A program made the translations under genes and the position numbers. The notes under the pieces are model-generated. The model had not been told where the DNA came from. It searched no databases and was given only the letters and a program-made list of their open reading frames with translations. DNA of 47,759 nt from Octopus bimaculoides (Eukaryota). Below, in pieces: positions 47,408-47,759 of the stretch; the first letter of the stretch is position 1, and every line of letters begins with the position of its first letter. The stretch covers positions 34,314,187 through 34,361,945 of the forward strand of contig NC_068981.1 of the NCBI RefSeq assembly GCF_001194135.2, given 5' to 3'.

Positions 47408-47759
47408 CTCTTTTACTTGTTTCAGTCATTTGACTGCGGCCATGCTGGAGCACCGCCTTTATTCGATCAAATCGACCACAGGACTTATTCTTTGGAAGCC
47501 TAGTACTTATTCTATCGGTCTCTTTTTGCCGAACCACTAAGTTACGGGGACGTAAACACACCAGCATCGGTTGTCAAGTGATGGTGGGGGGACAAACACG
47601 GACACACAAACACACATACATATATACATATATACACACACACAATGAGCTTCTTTCAGTTTCCGTCTACCAAATCCACTCACAAGGCTTTGGTCGGCCC
47701 GAGGCTATAGTAGAAGACACTTGCCCAATGTGCCACGCAGTGGGACTGAACCTGGAACC
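47408..47759 (-). mobile_element. SINE family B, young copy running off the window end
   Basis: CTTTTACTTGTTTCAGTCATTTGACTGCGGCCATGCTGGAGCACCGCC…GCAGTGGGACTGAACCTGGAACC. Confidence 0.95.

Overview
Eukaryotic, gene-poor, AT-rich draft-assembly DNA with 13 N-gaps (about 5.6 kb), most of them bordered by microsatellites. No host protein-coding gene, rRNA, true tRNA or CRISPR array can be supported; nearly all listed ORFs are microsatellite or N-gap artefacts. The window is a mosaic of transposon relics. (i) At least four interspersed repeat families occur in many copies, labelled A, B, C and F here; A, B and C are tRNA-headed SINEs. From memory they resemble Octopus/coleoid cephalopod SINEs, which is unverified. 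(ii) DNA transposons: a decayed near-full-length Tc1 (DD34E) element, a 196-bp near-identical copy of part of it, a 228-bp mariner deletion derivative with TIRs and TA flanks, a mariner N-terminal fragment and a hAT-type end. (iii) CR1/L2-like and RTE-like LINE remnants. (iv) Many micro- and minisatellites. The most notable structures are a dimeric SINE inserted twice as one unit (same junction, own target-site duplications), a sequence module shared by two otherwise different SINE families, four long fold-back palindromes (0.2-0.7 kb), and several local template-switch or duplication scars. I found no convincing new gene system; the findings concern mobile-element biology and DNA repair or replication signatures.
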